Shown here: positions 11,405 through 24,381 of the stretch, in pieces
Numbering within the stretch: the stretch's first letter is position 1
Layout: the number at the start of each line of letters is the position of its first letter
Source of the DNA: Octopus sinensis
Taxonomy: Eukaryota
Direction: 5' to 3'
Length of the DNA: 64,000 nt
Assembly (NCBI RefSeq): GCF_006345805.1
Contig: NC_043010.1
Span: 29,574,001-29,638,000, forward strand
Notes under the pieces: model-generated
Told to the model about the DNA's origin: nothing
What the model saw: the letters and a program-made list of their open reading frames with translations, nothing else
Databases searched by the model: none
Translations under genes and position numbers: made by a program

Positions 11405-12810
11405 CAGTAATAGCACTGGCTGGCAAAGCCATTCAAATCATGAATCGGACATGGCCCACTCAAGGTGAGAGTCATTGTTTATGGAGACATATCCGGGTGT
11501 AGGAGCTTTATCCGAGATTTGTTGAAGGAATTTGTCCAAAGACTTCTTGAACTTTTTGGGGTCTGTTTCCACTTTAATAAGTAATGGTGTAATTTTAAAG
11601 AGAGAGGGGCCAATTGAGGCGAAACAATTGTACCGTACTGTTGTTATGTGATGCGAGTATGATTTATGTTGTGGGCGGATAGCGCAGGGTCCAAGTTTTG
11701 TGTGTATCTTAAAGGCGATTTCAACATCATTTGGGCAATGCTGATGGAATGTTTTCCGTATCATGCAGATGATGTAGCACTCACAGTGGCGTTGGAGAAT
11801 AAAGCTTGAGCTTTTCTAGTCGACCCCAATAGTCAAGGACTGTCATGCCATCTATCATTTTTGTAATTGACCTCTGAGGTGCTTCAGTTTTCATGATACT
11901 TTGTTTCGTGTGGGGAGACCACAGTGGACAACAGTATTCAAGGTGGAGTCGCGGAAAAGTAGAGAAGGATTACGGTGTGGATATCTCTCGACTGGAAAGT
12001 TCTGAGAATCCAGGAGCACATTCTGCGGGCCATGTCAACTTTGCTGTTTATATGAGCGGCCTAGCTTATTTTGTTGACCACAATTACTCTCTGACGTTGT
12101 TGGATGACATGAAAATTTCACCTAAAGGGAGTATGGGAGTTTCTGGGTACCCTCTTTTCCGAAGTGGATTAATTCAAATCTGTCCTCGTTTAGCAGCATA
12201 TTATTCTTTTCCGACCATTGGATGACAGCCAGAAGATCTGACTGGAGATATACCTGGTCACCCACTTCACTGATGACCTTCTGGATCTTGGAATCATCTG
12301 CAAAGATTTTTATGCTGTTGTGCTTGATTATGTCAGTAATGTCACTGATGCAGACGATGAAAAGAAGTGGACCCAACACAGTGCCTTGTGGAACACCACT
12401 ACTGACTTTGGCTGGGCTTGATTTTACTCCTTCGACTACTTATTGGGTTCTGCCTGTCAGGAAACACTTCATCCATTGTAGTAACTTTCCAGAGACACCA
12501 ATGTTGGATAGTTTTTTCAAGAGGATCTTAAGATCCACCCTGTCAAAGGCCTTGCTGAAATCAAGGTAGATGACATCAGTATTCGAGCCCTCTCTTAAAG
12601 CTCTCAAAATGTCATCTAGATGATGCAGGAGCCGCGTTAAGCAGTTCCCTCCATTACAGAACCCATGTTGGGGTTCAGTAGTCTGTTACTTTCAAGAAAG
12701 TGGGTTATCCGTGATCTCACCACCCTCTCAAATACCTTGATGATATGAAAGGTGAGCGAGATCAGCCGGTAGTTCACTGCAAGGGACTTGTTTCCCTTTT
12801 TAAAAACTGA
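11405..12810 (-). mobile_element. CR1-clade LINE RT fragment and 3' end
   Basis: FKKG...NYRLISLT, YLDFSKAFDRVD, VPQGTVLGPLLF, IFADDSK, C-terminal LDKFLQQISDKAPTPGY...HLEW. Confidence 0.85.
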
Positions 12811-12864
12811 GACAGAAGGTTTTCAGGTATATAACCAGCATCCAGTGAGTTCCTCCACCGATTA

Positions 12865-13050
12865 GCGAGCTGGCAGAATCGTTAGCACGCCGGGCGAAAT
12901 GCTTAGCGGTATTTCGTCTGCTGTTACGTTGTGAGTTCAAATTCCGCTGAGGTCGACTTTGCCTTTCATCCTTTCGGGGTCGTGGGTCGATGTAATCGAC
13001 TTAATACCTATGTCTGTCCTTGTTTGTCCCCTCTATATTTAGCCCCTTGT
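12865..13050 (+). mobile_element. Family-1 SINE
   Basis: Matches 4941-5175 with an internal deletion. Confidence 0.85.
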
Positions 13051-13950
13051 TTCTGCCTGTCTCTGTCTCTCTTATTTACTCTTGTGGGTTCGAGGTCGTT
13101 GTGAATTCTTTGTAGGGAAGAAGAAGAAAAAAAAAGAAAAAGAAGAATGCAGGAGTGCCATGATAGTAGTATGTTAAATGGTCAAGTGCCCTGACACATC
13201 GACATTTGCGCCAATAACAAAAATCCAAGCTTCAAAATTTTTGCCCTCTACCAATTCAGGGACGATACAACCTGTAGCCAATGAATTAGTAAAGAGACTC
13301 TCTTTATTACAAAATACAGACCACTTTTGAACGCATCTACAACAAATGACATATCCACCACGGCCTTAGAATAACACAAACACACACGCAAATATTAAAA
13401 ATGATACACACAAGAGATCCCCAAAAATACAAAAAATGGTCCCAATTACTGCTACAATCCATAACGATCCACTTTTAGGTCACTTGACCATTTAACATCC
13501 AACTACTATCATACTACCTACATTCCTTCTTATTCTCCCTTTTCTTCTTCTTCCTCTCCGCTACCTCCTTCCTAACTTTACCACTATTGCTGTTTAGAAT
13601 AACACCTACGCAAATTTTATACGCAAAACATTCAAGAGATGTCTCAAGAACTCAATCACTACTACCATTCACAATGGGTCACTTTCTGGGCACTTGACCA
13701 TTTAACATACTACTATCATGTCACACCCGCATTCTTCTTCTTCCCTACAAAGAATTCACAATGACCTCGAACCCACAAGAGTAAACAGAGACAGGCAGAA
13801 ACAAGGAAAATGCCCCTTGTATTTGAATACTATGCAAATATTCTTTTAAAAAAATTTTTTATAAATATATAAAAAATTTAATTGTTTTCCATACTTACAC
13901 TTGAAAAAGTCTCAATGACTGAAACTGAAATGTTTGTTATAAAATTATTT
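13045..13950 (+). mobile_element. Penelope-like element 3' remnant with inverted terminal duplication
   Basis: HIDICANNKNPSFKIFALYQF...ETLFITKYRPLLN (13195-13335) resembles the GIY-YIG C-terminus of PLEs; arms 13045-13191 and 13688-13806 are inverted. Confidence 0.55.
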
Positions 13951-14014
13951 TAGTATTTTCTTCTTTGACTTTTTCCATATATATCAACTCATGTGTTCCT
14001 TTTCAACCTTCTAC

Positions 14015-14055
<41 letters not shown>

Positions 14056-14454
14056 TACATGGAAGAAGGAGAACCTGCCTAAAATGTACCCAATCAAAAG
14101 ACTTACTATCTGAACCAACAGCAACTTAGTCCCCCATGGTAGCTTAACAACTGATATTGGTTTGTTTATATCTCCATTAACTAAGCAGTTCAGTAAAAGG
14201 AACAATAACACAAGTACCGACTTTAAATGAGTATTGTGGTCAACTTGAGTAAACCCCTCAAAGTTGTGCCCCAGTATGGCCACAGTCCAACGAGTGAAAC
14301 AAGTACAAGTCGGAAAAAATAGAAGTGAACTCCTCAGTCATTTTCTATGTTCCAAGTGATTGTGGAAACTTAAAATATTGGTTTCTTCTCTGCAGTGGTT
14401 TTTTCCTGGTTTATGAGATAATATCCACCAATTTATCTTTTTTTAGTTTCAGTC

Positions 14455-14815
14455 AATAGACTGCGGCTATGCTGGCACACCAGCTTCAAGAATTCTTAGT
14501 CGAATGAATTGACCCCAGTACTTTTTTTTAAGCTTTTTGCTTGTTCTATTGATCTCTTTTGCTGAACTGCTAAGTTAAAGGAACATAAACACATCAACAC
14601 CAATTGTAAAGCAGTGGTGGGGGACAAACTCAGACAAAGACACACACATACACGATGGGCTTCTTTCAGTTTCTGTCTTTCAATCCACACACAAAGCTTT
14701 GTTCAACTTGAGGCTGTGGAAGAAGACACTTGGCCATGGTGCCACACGGGAGAAGTGAACTCAGAAAAAGGTTATTGGAAAGCAAGCTTCTTATCACACA
14801 GCCATGCCTGCGCCT
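14455..14815 (-). mobile_element. Family-2 SINE (diverged)
   Basis: Reverse complement similarity to 27325-27690. Confidence 0.75.
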
Positions 14816-15529
14816 ATTGGCGCACCTACACCTGTAGGCACACCTGCACCTATTGATTACTATTCCTTATAACCATAGATGAGAAATTTAATTTAAATTC
14901 ATAAACCAGGTAGATATGATGAAATCCAATTCAAACTTTTTTTATGAAGTTTTCAGTTAGAATTGAATTCAAAATTTCAATTTCAATTTCAATTCTTTCA
15001 CTTCTACAGTCTACTTTTCCCCAGTTTTGAACTTTAAGTGCTTCTGCTGGAGGAACTGCATAGTGCTAGCAATACAACTTGAACCATCTGCTAGTATTTC
15101 GTCATCATCATTTAACATTGATGTTCCATGCTGTTGTGGGTTGAATGGTTTGACAAGTTTGATGGGTCCAAAGACAGCATGGTACCTCAGTGTCTGCTAT
15201 GACATGGTTCTTATGGCTGGATACCCTTCCTAATGACAGTAACTTTATAACATGTACTAGGTGCTTTATTTGTGTGTATCACTAGCACTAATGAGTTCAT
15301 CATACTGCTCACAAAACTACAAAACCTAGAGTGGAATCTTTATGTGAAAAGATGAAGGGGTTACAGTATGAAAGAAGGAAAGGAGGGAAGGGCAGGCAGA
15401 AAAAATAAACAACTTTTGCTTCTACAACACAAAAATAACAGCCAAAGAAACATTAAAAAAGATTTAATAACTGTGACAGAAAAACACATTTTATCACAAT
15501 TTTTTCCATACTTCTGTTTTTCGTTTATA

Positions 15530-16148
15530 TCATTTGGTAATCCTATCACAAAATATCGACTCTGTCGCTTTCAAAAAGAAAAGCTCTGCCTTGATTTTGT
15601 CAATTTGCTCTTTGTCAGAATTACTTGGCTCTGAAAACAGTTTCTTGGTCCTGCCTGACTCAATTTTAGCAACAATGTTCTGTTTAGGGTCAAGACTCTT
15701 CATATTATTGTTGCATGTGCTCTCAGCAAATTCTAAATTGTTAGCTTCAGGTAGGTTAAAGTCATGCAAAGAACACACTATAATATCAAAAGTTGATTTA
15801 GCAGTCTTTTGGTTATTTAAGAGACACAATATTTTCCAAAAGAAACTGTCATATTTTTGTTTTTTTTTTGTTTTTTCCACCCAGTCATCGTTAATTAAAT
15901 CATTCTCTTCCAGCCAAAGAGCAAAAGGATTAATATAACTTTCTTGTGTTTTTTCCACCCAGTCATGATCGTTAATTAAATCATTCTCTTTCAGCCTAAG
16001 AGCAATATGATTAATATGACTTTGTTCAAGTCCTCCTAAGTATGTGTTGCGAAATTTATTCAGATATTCGTTGTCTGAATTACTGGTCATCTTAACTATA
16101 ACGATGGGAGTCACGAGGAAACTTCTTGGTGACAGAACAAACCGCTGC
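15530..16148 (-). CDS. Candidate coding exon, CARD/death-fold-like N-terminal helical domain with internal in-frame duplication
   Basis: Acceptor TCTTTTCTTTTATATTTTTCAG| at 16149; ATG at 16090-16088; open for about 186 codons to TGA at 15530; non-repetitive amphipathic helical pattern. Domain identity is my inference. Confidence 0.5.
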
Positions 16149-17117
16149 CTGAAAAATATAAAAGAAAAGATACCATTAAATAAATGTGTTTGATGCTATT
16201 AGAAATGTTGTTCAACACCAGGTCAGAACTAATCATGAACACCAATGATCAAAAGCATTCCATCCGTGACCATCCAAATATTTTTGTATATCCAGCACTA
16301 CATTGTCTAGTTTCATGTGGCTGGTAGTGGTCATATGATCATTTAATGCCCATGTTCAATGTTCGCATGGGTTGGATGATTTGATAGGAGCTGTTGGATG
16401 ATTTGATAGGCTCTGTTGTCTGTTTTGACACAGCTTCTACATACACACACAAATCTGTAAAAGTTATACCATAAAAACCTAGAAATAAACACTATAGTAG
16501 AAAATTAATAAAATTATTATACTAAATAATTACTTACATTATTTACTAGACATTAAATCTACTAGGTCCAATGACTACACAATACCCCAGTGACTGCTTT
16601 GGCATGGTTTCTACAGCTGGATGCCCTTCCTAATGCCAATAAATTTATAATGTGTACTAGGTACTTTATCTCAAGTTACTGGAAATAATGGGGTTATCAA
16701 GTAACTTGCAAAGCAAAATGACAGGTAAAAGAAAAGAACAGAAAAGAAAAAGCACCCCCTCAACAAAGTAGAGGAGGAGTATTTGAAGTGGGTTGGTGGT
16801 TTTATACCAAGTGTTGAAAGGCTAAAGTATAAGACAAGGACAAGCGCAGGTGTCTTGTTAAAGAGATAAATGGCGATCCTGCATTGTTTAGGGGTGGGAA
16901 TAGTTTGAAAGAAAGTAGAGATGGTAGTGATGAGATGTCAGAGCATCTTAACATACAAGTAGTTATCACAATTTTTGAAATTTATTTTGTGATAAATTTC
17001 AAAAATTTATCGCAATGAATTTTTGAAAAAATTTTAATTCAACTTCTGCTGAACTTTTTCTTGAACGGCATCCAAAAAGAAACATTTTGATACCTCATTT
17101 GTGAAATTTGGATAAAA

Positions 17118-17570
17118 CATCATCATCATCATCGTTGAACATCCGTTCTCCATGGTTCGACCGGGGATCTGGGAAGCCAGAAGGCTGCACCAGGCTCCAG
17201 TCTGATCTGGCAGTGTTTCTACAGCTAGATGCCCTTCCTAACGCCAACCACTCCGTGAGTGTAGTGGGTCCTTTTTACGTGCCACCTGCACAGGTGCCAG
17301 GCGAGGCTGGCAATGGCCACGATCGGATTGGTGCATTTTACGTGCCACTGGCACGGAAGCCAGTCAAGGCGGCGCTGGCATCGGCCACGATTCGGATAGT
17401 GCTTTTTACGTGCCAGTGCCACCGGCACAGAAGCTAGTCTAGGTGGCGCTGGCATTGGCCACGTTCAGATGGTGCTTTTATGTGCCACCGTCTCAGGGAT
17501 CACAACTGCAGTTTCCATTGATTTTGATGTTGGTGTACTTGACTCAATGGATCTCCTCAAGCACAGGGTC
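17118..17570 (-). mobile_element. RTE 3'-UTR fragment
   Basis: (CAT)n tail plus the same 3' UTR as 20090-20550 in opposite orientation. Confidence 0.85.
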
Positions 17571-17759
17571 AAAATGGTGTTTCTTCACTTGTCACCTGTA
17601 CAAGTCAGTCCAGTGGTCCTGGCAACTGCCGGGTGCCAGTCATAGGATTGGTTCAATTTTGGTTCCGATTTTAGGGAATATGACAATCTGAATGATCAGT
17701 GAATTGGTTGAAATCTTACTTAATTGGCTTAAATGAATAATTAGTCATACAAAGACCCT

Positions 17760-20550
17760 CCCGGGTGAAGAATGTACCCCCAGCATAGGCTAGTCATTAG
17801 TGACTTTAGGCTCGAGGCCAGAAGGATACCAAGTAGCAGACCAATCCAAAAAAGAAGGATTTGGAAGCTAAAGAACCCTTCACATGGTCAGAGATTTAGG
17901 GACATCCTCATCAAGAAATTTGAGGGGAGGGAGGAAGAGCTACAGACATCGGATATAGAAGGTAGCTGGAAATTCCTACGGGACAGCACGCTGAGTGCCA
18001 CAGCCCAAGTCTGTGGTTGGTGCAAAGTCCCTTCCAGACCTAGAGTTATGTGGTAGTGGAATAGTATGGTAGACAAAGCCATTAGAGCAAAGAAACAGAC
18101 CTGGAAAGCCTGGAAGGGTGTGGGTAGCAGGAAACTGTACCAGGTAGCCAAAAGGGAGGGTGGGCGGCAGGTATACATAGCCAAGAGCGAAACAGAAAAG
18201 AAGTTTGCCAATGAGGACCAAAGAACTGAGGTATTTCGGATTGCAAGACAGTGTGTGAAAGGAAATTGTCATGTCACAGGAGAGAAATGTGTCTGAATGG
18301 ATGATGGTGCATTTGCTTTTAATGATTCTGAAAAAAAAGAGGCTTGGAGAAGCCGTTATGAAAGACTACCGAATGTGGAGAATGAATGGGAGGTGGAGAG
18401 CCTGCCAAATGTTGACCCAGTAGAGGGACCAGCTATCCAAATAGACAGCTCCCTTGTAGATAAAGCAATTAAGGGTATGAAGCCAGGAAAAGTCCCTAGC
18501 CCATCAGGAATCACTGCTGAGATGCTTAAAACATCTGGTGGTGTGGGCTATGGCCTAGTCACCTGCGTTGTAAACCAGGTAGTTCATGATGGAGTCATAC
18601 CCAACGACTGACGTAGCAGCACCATACACAACTGCTACAAGTGTAAAGGTGATGCTCTAGATAGAAATAACTACAGGGGTATCAAACTGCTGGATCAGGT
18701 GATGAAGGTCACAGAGAGGGTCATAGTCCATCTCATTAGGAAGAGAGTCTGCTTAGATGAGATGCAGTTCAGTTTTGTGCCGGGTAGAAGCACCACTGAT
18801 GCCATATTCCTGGTTCGACAACTGCAGGAAAAATACCTAGCTAAAGATAAACCCCTATACATAGCTTTTGTGGACTTGGAGAAACCCTTTGACAGGGCCC
18901 CCCGATCCCTTATCTGGTGAGCAATGCAGAAACTGGTGATTGATGAATGGTTGATAAGGGCTGTACAGGCACTATACAGAGAGGCCATTAGTAAGGTTAG
19001 GATTGGCAATGAGTATAGTGAAGAATTCCGGATAGAAGAAGGGGTCCACCAAGGTGCAGCCCTCAGCCCCTTTTATTCATCATAGTCCTCCAGACAATAA
19101 CAGAGTAATTCAAGACAGGTTGCCCATGGGAGCTCCTCTGTGCTGATGAACTGGCCCTCATAGCAGAATCACTACCAGAACTAGAAAGAAATTTCAGGTG
19201 TGGAAGCAAGGTTTAGAATCAAAAGGCCTTACAGTCAATGTAGCAAAGACCAAAGTTCTAGTAAGTAGGAAGGTGAACACATCACACACACCCTCAGGTA
19301 GGTGGCCCTGCTAGATCTGTAGAAAAAGTGTAGGTAGGAACTCCATAAGATGTACCCAGTGTAAGCTATGGACACATAAGAGGTGCAGCAACATCAAAAG
19401 AAGATTAACCGAGAAGATAGCTTTCGTGTGCAGCAGATGCACAGGGGTGATAAACACTACAGATGCTCAGAAAACAGATTCCATCACACTCCATGGGAAG
19501 AAATTAGAAGTAATTGATAGTTTCTGCTACCTAGGTGACCAAGTTAGTAGTGAGTTAGTAGTGGGGTTGGATGCTCAGAGAGTGTTACCACTAGAATAAG
19601 AATGGGCAAAGTTTAGAAAGCTTCTACCCCTACTGGTGACAAAGGGCCTCTCGGTCAGAGCGAAAGGTAGATTATACGATGCATGTGTGCAAACTGCAGT
19701 GAAACATGGGCCATGACTGCAGAGGACATGCATAGGCACGAAAGAAATGAAGCTAGCATGATCTGCTGGATGTGTAATGTCAGTGTGTACACACGACATA
19801 GTGTAAGCGACCTGAGAGAAATGTTGGATATAAGAAGCATAGGATGTGACATGCAAGAGAGACATTTGCGCTGGTATGGTCATGTACTATGGATGGATGA
19901 GTAGAGATGTGTGAAGAAGTGCCATTCCCAAGCAGTTGAAGGAATCCGGAGTAGAGGTAGACCCAGGAAGACATGGGATGATGTGGTCAAGCATGTCCTT
20001 TGAACGTTGGGCCTCACAGAGGCAATGACGAAAGACCGAGACCTCTGGAGATATGCTGTGACTGTGAAGACCCGGCAAATAAAGTGAGTTGAAGCTGTAT
20101 CCTACACCAGTTTCGAATAAACAGTCCCGGCCCATTCAAAAGTACCTTGTATCATAGGGCAACCTGCTGTGCTTGAAGAGACCTATTGAGTCAAGTACAT
20201 CAACATCAAAATGAAAATCAAATGGAAATTGTTGTTGTGATATCTGTGCCAGTGGCATGTAAAAAGCACCATCGGAACGTGGCCAATGCCAGCGCTACCT
20301 TGACTGGCTTCTGCACTAACCAATCATGGCCATTACCAGCCTCCTCTGGCCCGTGCCAGTGGCACGTAAAAAGCACCCACTACACTCACGGAGTGGTTGG
20401 TGTTGGGAAGGGCATCCAGCTGTAGAAACACTGCCAGATCAGACTGGAGCCTGGTGCAGCCGCCTGGCTTCCCAGACCCTGGTCAAACCGTCCAACCCAT
20501 GTTAGCATGGAAAACGGACATTAAACGATGATGATGATGAGGATGACGAT
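17760..20550 (+). mobile_element. RTE-clade LINE, 5'-truncated, many stops and frameshifts
   Basis: KVPSPSGITAEMLK, NYRGIKLLDQ, FVDLEKPFDR, GVHQG, WYGHVL, RGRPRKTW fragments; 3' UTR ending in (GAT)n. Confidence 0.92.
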
Positions 20551-20864
20551 TTTCTTACCATGTAAGCATAGTTTAAACATAGTTTTGTCTTCCTCGCTGT
20601 GTTTTAAAAGAAACTTAAGTTCCTTTCACACACATTACAATCGTTACCTATTCAATTATTCAATTTTGTCACATCGTCACTTATTTCTCATATTCTGCTA
20701 CTTCGTTTTGATAACTCCGCCAAAAGAAAACAAATCCAGAATATAGATGGAAAAATGTTTATTTCTTCATTTTGTTCCTGTCGAATTTTATCCCTAATTT
20801 TGTGGTTACAGAACCTAACTGTTCTTTCTAGCATGTTGAATCCCACAAGTGGATTCTTTGTGTG

Positions 20865-20988
20865 TAATACATAGTCTTTGGACTAAATTTTATGAGTAAT
20901 ACATAGTCTTTGGACTAAATTTTATGAGTAATACATAGTCTTTGGACTAAATTTTATGAGTAATACATAGTCTTTGGACTAAATTTTT
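20865..20988. repeat. 32-bp tandem repeat, about 3.8 copies (TAATACATAGTCTTTGGACTAAATTTTATGAG)
   Basis: Direct inspection; copies identical. Confidence 0.95.
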
Positions 20989-21639
20989 ACATGCTAGTCC
21001 GCTGGAAGTGAAAATTTGATGTGTTAGGTGTGTGTGCATTCCTGTATGTGTATGTGTTTGTGTGTTTGTGTACATGTGTATGTGTGTATGCATGCATGTA
21101 TGTGCGTGTTGTGTGTGTGGTGTGTGCGAGAGGTACATGTGAGGTATATGTGCGCTGATGTGTGTGTGCGTGTGTGTATGCGTGTGAGAGGATTTGTGTG
21201 TGTGTGAGAAGGTGTATTTTATGAGCATGTATGTGTGTGGTGTGCGTTCATGTGTGTGTGCGGGTGCATGTATTTTTTCGTATATGTGCATATGTATGTG
21301 TGTGTGTATATAGAAATAAAATATAATATAATAAAATAAGTTTGATAAATAAAGGGAAAAGGGGGGGGAAGAGTACAAGATGTAAAAAAAATTTTAAGAA
21401 AATTAGCAGATGCAAGATAAGAAATAAAATAAAATCTAAAGGGATAAAATAGAAATTAATACAATTATGAAAAATAACGTAATTAAAAAGTTAAACAATA
21501 CGACAGAAAGAGAATGATAAAAAAATGATTAAAAAATCAAGAAGGGGTAACAGTATAAAAAGTAAGTGGGTATGAGGGAGGATAAAATAAGATGAACTAA
21601 AATAAAATAAATTAAATTAAATTAAATTAAAATTTGCTT

Positions 21640-22620
21640 TAAGGAGTTTGTAGAGACAGTCAGTAAGAGGAGATGGGTTGTGTTGAGTCCGAAAGGGATT
21701 TGTGTTTGTAGACTGAAAAAGAAATGCTGTTCCAGGCGAAGTGGCGAGTGTGTGGATCCGTGGTGCAGGGCGAAGCCAAAGACAGAGATATTAGAGGGGG
21801 AGTGGTTGGCCAAGCTGAAATGACAGGCAACGGAGGTGTTCATGCGTAGCTGAATATCTCTTAGATGTTCAGTGAACCGGTCGGCCAGCCTGCGGCCCAT
21901 CTGACCTACGTAGAGTTTATTACAGAGATTACATCTAATGCAATAGATAAGGCTTGAAGAGATGCAGGCGAAGGAATTTCTAATGTGGAGAGTGTGCTGG
22001 TTGGTGATGAAAGGACAGGTGTAGCAGCGGGATCTAGAGCAAGGGAAGGATCCGGATGGGGCTGGGGGAAAAGAAGAGAAGGTGCTACGGACCAGTAGAT
22101 CGCGTAGGTTTCGGGTGCGTTTAAAGGACAAGGGTGGGTTGAAGAAAATAGAGTGGGTGGTGAGATCTAGCTGGAGACGACAGAAGGCCCGTAGGGTCCT
22201 CCGACGAAGGGTAGGGTAGAGGGGTGGAAAAGGATGGGAAAGGGGTGCAGTTAGGGGGGTTGGTGTGGGGAAGGAGAGAGGGCAGTGGTACGATCGATTC
22301 AACAAGCTCTGACAAGAGCGGTTTGAACACGGATTGAGGAGTATCCTCGATGCATGAATAGGCGGGCAAGGTACTGGGACTGGGTCACGAAATCCTGGTT
22401 CCGGCTGCACAAGCGTCGGCGGCAGAGGAACTGGGAGTAGGGGATGGCTTGTTTGGTGTGGGAGGGATGGGAGGAGGAGAAATTGAGATAGAGGTGGGAA
22501 TCTGTGGGTTTAAGAAGGCGGGGTGGTGAGAGAGTGGGAGGGGAGGTCAATGGTAAGAGAGATATCTAGGAAGTTAACTGAGGTGTTAGAGATGATAGAA
22601 GTTATGAAGTCGGTGGGGTA
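21640..22620 (-). mobile_element. Penelope-like (Poseidon-like) element: RT thumb plus GIY-YIG endonuclease
   Basis: KPTDSHLYLNFSSSHP..TKQAIPYSQF; FKRTRNLRDLLVRS; PCSRSRCYTC; LIYCIRCNLCNKLYVGQMGRRLADRFTEH...VACHF...RLEQ...FGLN. Confidence 0.9.
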
Positions 22621-22785
22621 TTAAACTGTAGTTATGCTTTTTTTCAATAAAAAGTTAACGTTAATGGATCAACGTTAACGTCCGTTACATTTTCAAAGAA
22701 TTAACGATTAACAAAGTTAACTTTTTGATTAAACGATTAACGAAGTTGAATTTTCGATTAACGGTGCCCTCCTCTATATATAGCA
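22600..22785 (+). repeat. End of a hAT-like non-autonomous element with TTAACG subterminal repeats; inverted homolog at 35684-35830
   Basis: The two loci are reverse-complement similar; termini resemble CAGAGGTGGGCA-type hAT TIRs. Confidence 0.5.
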
Positions 22786-23758
22786 TTAGTTCGCTTAATG
22801 TTACTAATACTACTAAATCAGTCGCTGACCAGAATTAAGGAAACAAAATCATGATATCCACATACATAAACTACCGGCAAGACTATTTAAAACTTTCAAA
22901 ACAGCTCTTTCTAGATCATTTTTTTTTTATATATATATATAAATGATTTTTTAAATTTTCTGTTCAATAATGAATTGATATTTATTCAATCACTTACGAA
23001 CATGAAGGCAATAAAGATTTGGCACGTCCGACCACACGGCTCCGACTATTTTTCGTTTTTATTGATACGTAATGGCGGAGAATGACAATGAACAAGTGAA
23101 ATGCTTTGGAATGAAAATCATAATCGGCAATAAAATAAGTGAAAGGTACCAGATTTATTGCATGGAAGACATCGAGGTATAACTCAATGGCTGCGTAATG
23201 ATTCTAATCAGTATTTTACAACGGCCGTGCAGCCAAAAAGCACCGCCAGTCAAAATATTTTTTATTAGTTTCCTGTGAAAAACTTCTTAGTTAAGAGTTG
23301 CTTCTCTTGTCAATATTTAGTATTAATGAGAAGATAACTCTTCTTAATACATGCACCCATCTATCAGGAAGAAGCCTCTACAACCTGAATCTGGTGTGTT
23401 CGCACCTTTTTGTCTCCAACGAACATTTTTCTCTGAACTCATAACAAGTAACGTTTATCTAATCACAGCTTAACGCTTCTAATCCGTATGACTACAACCG
23501 AGGGCCCAGGAACAAGGGGTACAAAATTCAATATTGCACCCCCTACTTACCTTGTCCAGGCTTTGAAAATAAGAACTAAAATAAATAGAAAGAAAAACCC
23601 CCACCAAAATCCCTAGAAAGATATATTACTGAACTAAAGCATCCTCAACATTAAGATTAAATATAACAAAATGACAATCATGGTCATTCCTCAATACTAG
23701 TACAATTGATGAAATATTTGTAGCATACACTTGAGTGAAATTCCGATCCTCTCTATTA

Positions 23759-24010
23759 TCTATTATATAAAATCCGTTCTGTCTGTGTGTGTGTGTGTCT
23801 TCTAGGATCTCGGGCATCCTCCACCCAATTGCGCTCAAATTTGATAAGTAGATACCGACGGTATCAGGGCGGGTATAAGTCTTGAAAAAATTACAAAAAT
23901 CGATTCCAGGTGAGAATGCGATCAATAAAGCCGTGGGAACATGCATTTGTACACGCAAGTACATCAGCTGTTGCGATCGATACTACGCATACGCGAGAAA
24001 AATGCACGGT
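23759..24010 (+). mobile_element. Helitron-type 5' end fragment
   Basis: A|TCTATTATATAAAATCCG followed by CTGT(GT)n, like the start of 8579-8878; no 3' hairpin/CTAG found. Confidence 0.5.
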
Positions 24011-24381
24011 GTCTCAAATTTAGGTTAAATCAGTGTTTCTCAAAGGGGAGGCCTATGGGACAGTCGGGCAAGTTGTTTTGAGAAAATCTGGTTTAAATAT
24101 TTGACAACTCAACACTGTCCATTGGACCGGGGGCGTTTTGCTCGTATATACATACATACGAACGTAGTAGATAACAGCTAGCCTTTGGCCACATTTTGGA
24201 CCCTGTTGTGTCCACTACTCTGATTGGTTGGTACTGGCGCAATTTGTCTCTTGCTCTATTGCTCGTCAATATGCAACCCAACCAATTGCGGCCTTCAAAT
24301 AAGGTCACGTGTGGCAGCCTGTTTTTCAACCTCAGCTGAGCCTGTAACTTCTTATAAAAAACCTAACTTTACCTCGTCTCA

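Noticed and set aside
12222-12569. Plus-strand ORFs antisense to LINE RTs (also 18695-19009, 48028-48447)
   Set aside because: Shadow ORFs of RT coding sequence.
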